From: Macrostomum lignano
Lineage: Eukaryota
Reading direction: 5' to 3'
Assembly: GCA_002269645.1 (NCBI GenBank)
Contig: NIVC01002854.1
Coordinates: forward strand, 9,248 to 73,247
Length of the DNA stretch: 64,000 nt
Made by a program: the position numbers and the translations under genes. Shown piece after piece: positions 60,402-64,000 of the stretch. The notes under the pieces were generated by a model that saw nothing but the letters and a program-made list of their open reading frames with translations, searched no databases and was not told the origin of the DNA. Numbering within the stretch: the stretch's first letter is position 1; the number at the start of each line of letters is the position of its first letter.

Positions 60402-61203
60402 CAAGGACAACTCAAGTAGGACGAGAAACAACGTTTTTGTCAAATTTTTGGAGGCAGGTTTACCAAAAAATACAGTACGAAGATTTTAATTCTTTCAGCA
60501 TAAAAATTGTTATTGCTTTTGATAGAAAGCAGACACAATGTTCATCTTTTGATATGACTTGCCTTTCTTATAGGTCTATTGATATTCAAAAAGCTTTTCG
60601 TTTATGAAATAAGGATTATAAGGTAATGTAATTTTAGATCCCACGTACATGTCCTATGCCTATAAAGCATAAAAATGGCACAACTCGATTAATATGGCTT
60701 TATGAATCTATTTTATTTTGTTACACAGTCGGCTAAGAATTATGAAATAGATTCATAAAGCCAGAGTCAAACTGTTCCCTTTTATGATTTTTAGGCAACA
60801 GTACATTACATGTATGAATATAAGGCTGCGGTTTGTGCTAGGCTTGCCTTGAGCAAACCGGCTTTAGTGCCCAAGCGATCTGCGTCTGTGCACCCACCGC
60901 CGCGTGTGTACGTTCTGTGTTGTTTAGGTGGGCGCCCACCCCTCCGCCGGCGGTGGGGGTATTTATTCCAGCGGCGCTGCTGAGGTGCCAACATCGCGTA
61001 TTCGTGTTTTGCTTTGGGGCACTAAAGTTATAAGAAAGGCAAGACATCAAAAAATGAACATCGAGTCTACCTCCTATCAAAAGCAATAACAAATTTTGTG
61101 CTGAAAATGATAATCTTCTATCCCCGTAATGCCTTCAGTAAAATCTACCTGGTACCTCCTAAAATTTTCCTAAACGTAGTTTTCCGTCTTTAAGTAGTTC
61201 TTG
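60402..61203. mobile_element. Older ~800-bp P-family non-autonomous element
   Basis: Starts CAAGGACAACTCAAGTAGGACG and ends TAAGTAGTTCTTG; internal segments (~60530-60580 inverted, ~61030-61110) match the 54170-54250 MITE interior; TSD only partial. Confidence 0.5.
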
Positions 61204-61249
61204 ATAATAATCGTAGTAAAAATTCTTTTTTAAACATTTGGTATCAAGA

Positions 61250-61580
61250 TTAAACCGCAGCTCAATCAATGAAAGGTTCATTGATGATGAAGAAGAGCTG
61301 CAAGCCCGTAGACTCCATATAGTATGTAATTTGGAACAATTTGGAACGCGGCAATGCATAACGACTGCGATAATTATTATCTAATCTAATTTCAGCTTAT
61401 CTATGAAATTAACAGCCAAATTAATCACGGACTTGACTATCTACATTACAATTCTGGGAACGGCGATAATTGAATCAACATCGAATTATTCAGTAGGGCT
61501 TGGACACGCTTGGATGCGAAGACGGTCTTTTGCTGCGTTGCAGACTTTTGCACTTTGCAGAACGCTGGTCAATCCGATTC
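61250..61580 (+). pseudogene. Degenerate protein-kinase exons (subdomains VIa-VII)
   Basis: Joining 61321 to 61396 across a GTATGT...TTTCAG intron gives RRLHI|LIYEINSQINHGLDYLH; the same frame has TGA at 61471, then CCVADF. Confidence 0.4.
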
Positions 61581-62164
61581 TGATTGTTAGCACAACGAAG
61601 ATCTTAGCATTAATCGCTGCAGCAATTAAATATAGAAATCAGACAATTCGTGCTTTAAATCAATGCTTAAAATGTGATTAATTCAGTTAATCTTAAAAAA
61701 CAGAATCACCAGTTGGCTGACAGACAGCGTAAGGTAGTATTAGAAAATTTATTTTTACAATGAAAGGAGATTCTTTCTTTGAGGCGCAAAGTCAATGCAG
61801 CAGAAGAAACAATGAATTAGACAAACAAACAGCTTCGCGTTCCTTTATTTTACTACGGTCTGCGACGTAATTCAAGCATTAAACTTTTGGCAAATAAAGC
61901 ATTTCTGAAACGGAAGGGCTTCAAAGATAACCTGGAAATTTCCATTTTTGCCAGAGCCAAGGACAAAGCTAATGCAAACGAAGTTATAAATATGTACAAT
62001 AATAGCAGCAAAATATGCTTGAGCACAGAAAACGAAATTATCTTCGGTATAAATATGCACAAGGTCACAAGTATAACAAGTGCTATCATCGCAAGGGATG
62101 CAGATTCTGTGGGCTTAGAATTTTATGCATAGTTTTTGACTACTTAGACGATCATTAGAGGCCG

Positions 62165-63526
62165 CTACCGCACACCACTGGAATCTACACTGGACAAGGG
62201 AGAGCAGAACTTATCCTGCAGACGACTGAGAAGGCGCAAAGTCGAATCTGAGCAGCGAGCTGCGGCGAGCCCGTCGGCGAGCTGCCTGACGGTGGGCGGA
62301 GCCGGCAACAGCCGCAGCGAATCCATGGCGGCGTCGGCCTCGAGCCGGCCGTCCTTCCGGGCCGCCAGCGCTGCATCGTTCACGGCCTGCTCAGGGGCAC
62401 CAAGGGCGCTTAGGAGCTCCGGCCACGTGTTGCGCAACGGCCCTGACCGGAAAATTGCCTGCAGAAGCTGAATCGGCGCAGGCTTCCCGGTGAAACGGCG
62501 CTGTTGCGGCTGCTGCGCCTCTGCCCTATCAAGGGGAGGAGCATCCACATCGAAGACCTTGCCCTGCACTAAGCCAACACGCAAGGCGGTGCCGAGCTGG
62601 TGCCGGAACTCGCTTGGCATGGCCGACGCCATACCGGAGTCACCGGGGTGTAGGCTGCTGCGAATGGTACCCGTAGTCCTAGTGATTGCATCGCCGTTGG
62701 TTGCCGCACAGCCACTGGCGATGTCTGCTTCAGCAGCTGGAGCTGCCGCACCCGCACTGTCACTCTCATCGGACTGCAACAGGGCGTACGCCAAGTCCTT
62801 CTCGCGACTGACGCCCTCACTCTGTGGAAGACCGAGCTCTTCGAGCTGCTGACACAGCCTGCTAAAGGGTGGGCGGAGGTTGGGCTCGCTTGCCAGACAG
62901 GACTGCATGATGTTAGTGACAGCAGAGTGCAGGCACTCGAATTCCTCGGCAGGCTGGCGAAGGCGCTGCGGGTAGGCGTTGAAGCAGTCTCGATCCAGGG
63001 CTTCGGTCAACGATTTCACGTGACGACCTTCGATCAGCATGTCTCGAAACTCGGCCACACTGTCACCGATGCGGTGCCTTAGCGAACTGCAGGTGAGGGC
63101 CTCAAATAAGCAGATGCCGAACAGGTATCGGTCAATAAATTCATCGGGACGGCGGGAGGGGTCGAGCAGCAGTTCTGGGGGCGGCGCTCGATGCCAACCA
63201 GGTTCTCGAAGTGCAGCGTGTCTTGGCCAAGTGAGTCCTGCAAACTGCGGGACAGGCCGAAGTCCCCCAACTGTAAGGCATTGGGGGGCATGATGATGAT
63301 TTGCAGCATTAAAGTGAGAAGCCGAAATATTCAGCACAGGGACACTATTGGTAAGATTTAACACAAGAAATTTATTTGAATTTATTTCTACTCGTAGGCT
63401 CGATTTTGTTTAAAACGCATTATTAAAAAGAAATAAATTCTATTAGTTAGAAATAAATTGGTACTTAGTAGTATCTCACCTTCTGCACCTTCAATTTGCA
63501 TATAACGCTAGTCTGTACAAGCAGCT
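62165..63526 (-). CDS. 3' part of a TKL-type kinase with a C-terminal death-domain-like region (RIPK1-like architecture); possible exon 63526-63480 and last exon 63270-62165, with a frameshift at the G5 run 63177-63181
   Basis: LGDFGLSR, PPELL, DRYLFGICLFE, MQSC...P..RPPF; C-terminal WPELLSALG...PTVRQLADGL...C.D resembles a death fold; the 5' exons lie outside or were not recognised. Confidence 0.65.
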
Positions 63527-64000
63527 CTGTAACAATCTAACTAACAATCCAGAAAGGCATCTATCTATATTGTTCACTTTTGTCTATGACCAAAATCATA
63601 ACACAGACGAAACATCTGCGTCAGCCATAGACAGTTTTCTACTCCGGCAACAAGCATTGTACCATGATTTTTTTGCCTGGCGGTACTCAATCAATTTCTT
63701 TAATACCACAGACTACATTTAAGCCCGCATAAATCGAACAAGTCTGTCAAAACTTTAATATAATGCCCGCAAAATTGTTGGTTCAATCTCTTTGATACTG
63801 TACTGCAACTTGTTTCTAAACTGCAGTGCTGCATGAAAAGCTTCGTTTCATTAAATGAAATGTGTATGGTCGAAATGTGAGGCTTCGCCATCACACCCAC
63901 AGCGACCCACACTTTCCCCCACTCTTTCATTCTTCTCTCACTGCAGCGCCTTGCTGAGGCAAAAATGCCTATGATACAGTACCAGTGATACCCATGCTTT

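Noticed and set aside
59400-61681. GPCR-like gene (LVNPILI, LWGWE...YIC)
   Set aside because: Motifs are short and in disconnected frames with stops; an alternative frame gives a better kinase-like reading.

Overview
Eukaryotic (invertebrate-animal-like) genomic DNA with GT-AG introns, GC-rich exons and AT-rich introns; no prokaryotic genes or CRISPR arrays. Host genes: a TMEM86/YhhN lysoplasmalogenase-like gene (+), phosphorylase kinase gamma (+), an FLVCR/SLC49-like MFS transporter (-), and the 3' part of a kinase + death-domain gene (-). The centrepiece is a complete endogenous Maverick/Polinton (adintovirus-like) dsDNA virus at 26213-51088, with 812-bp TIRs, a 6-bp TSD (GGCTTT) and a length of about 15.4 kb once insertions are removed. 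It encodes penton, major capsid, packaging ATPase, adenain protease, pPolB, integrase, a pX-like protein, a parvovirus-type PLA2 and a small ORF inside the TIR. Two elements have inserted into it: an intact intron-containing P-element (8-bp TSD) and a non-autonomous LTR element (4-bp TSD). The most unusual observation is that most Maverick start codons sit just behind T-tract+AG splice-acceptor-like sites, while each TIR holds one inward-facing perfect GTAAGT donor in a compatible phase. This suggests TIR-driven, leader-spliced (adenovirus-like) expression; it is a hypothesis, not demonstrated. The window also holds a full-length Mag-type Gypsy, a deleted BEL/Pao, an IS630/Tc1 relic, several MITEs and minisatellites. 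All coordinates and alignments were done by eye; no database searches were run.
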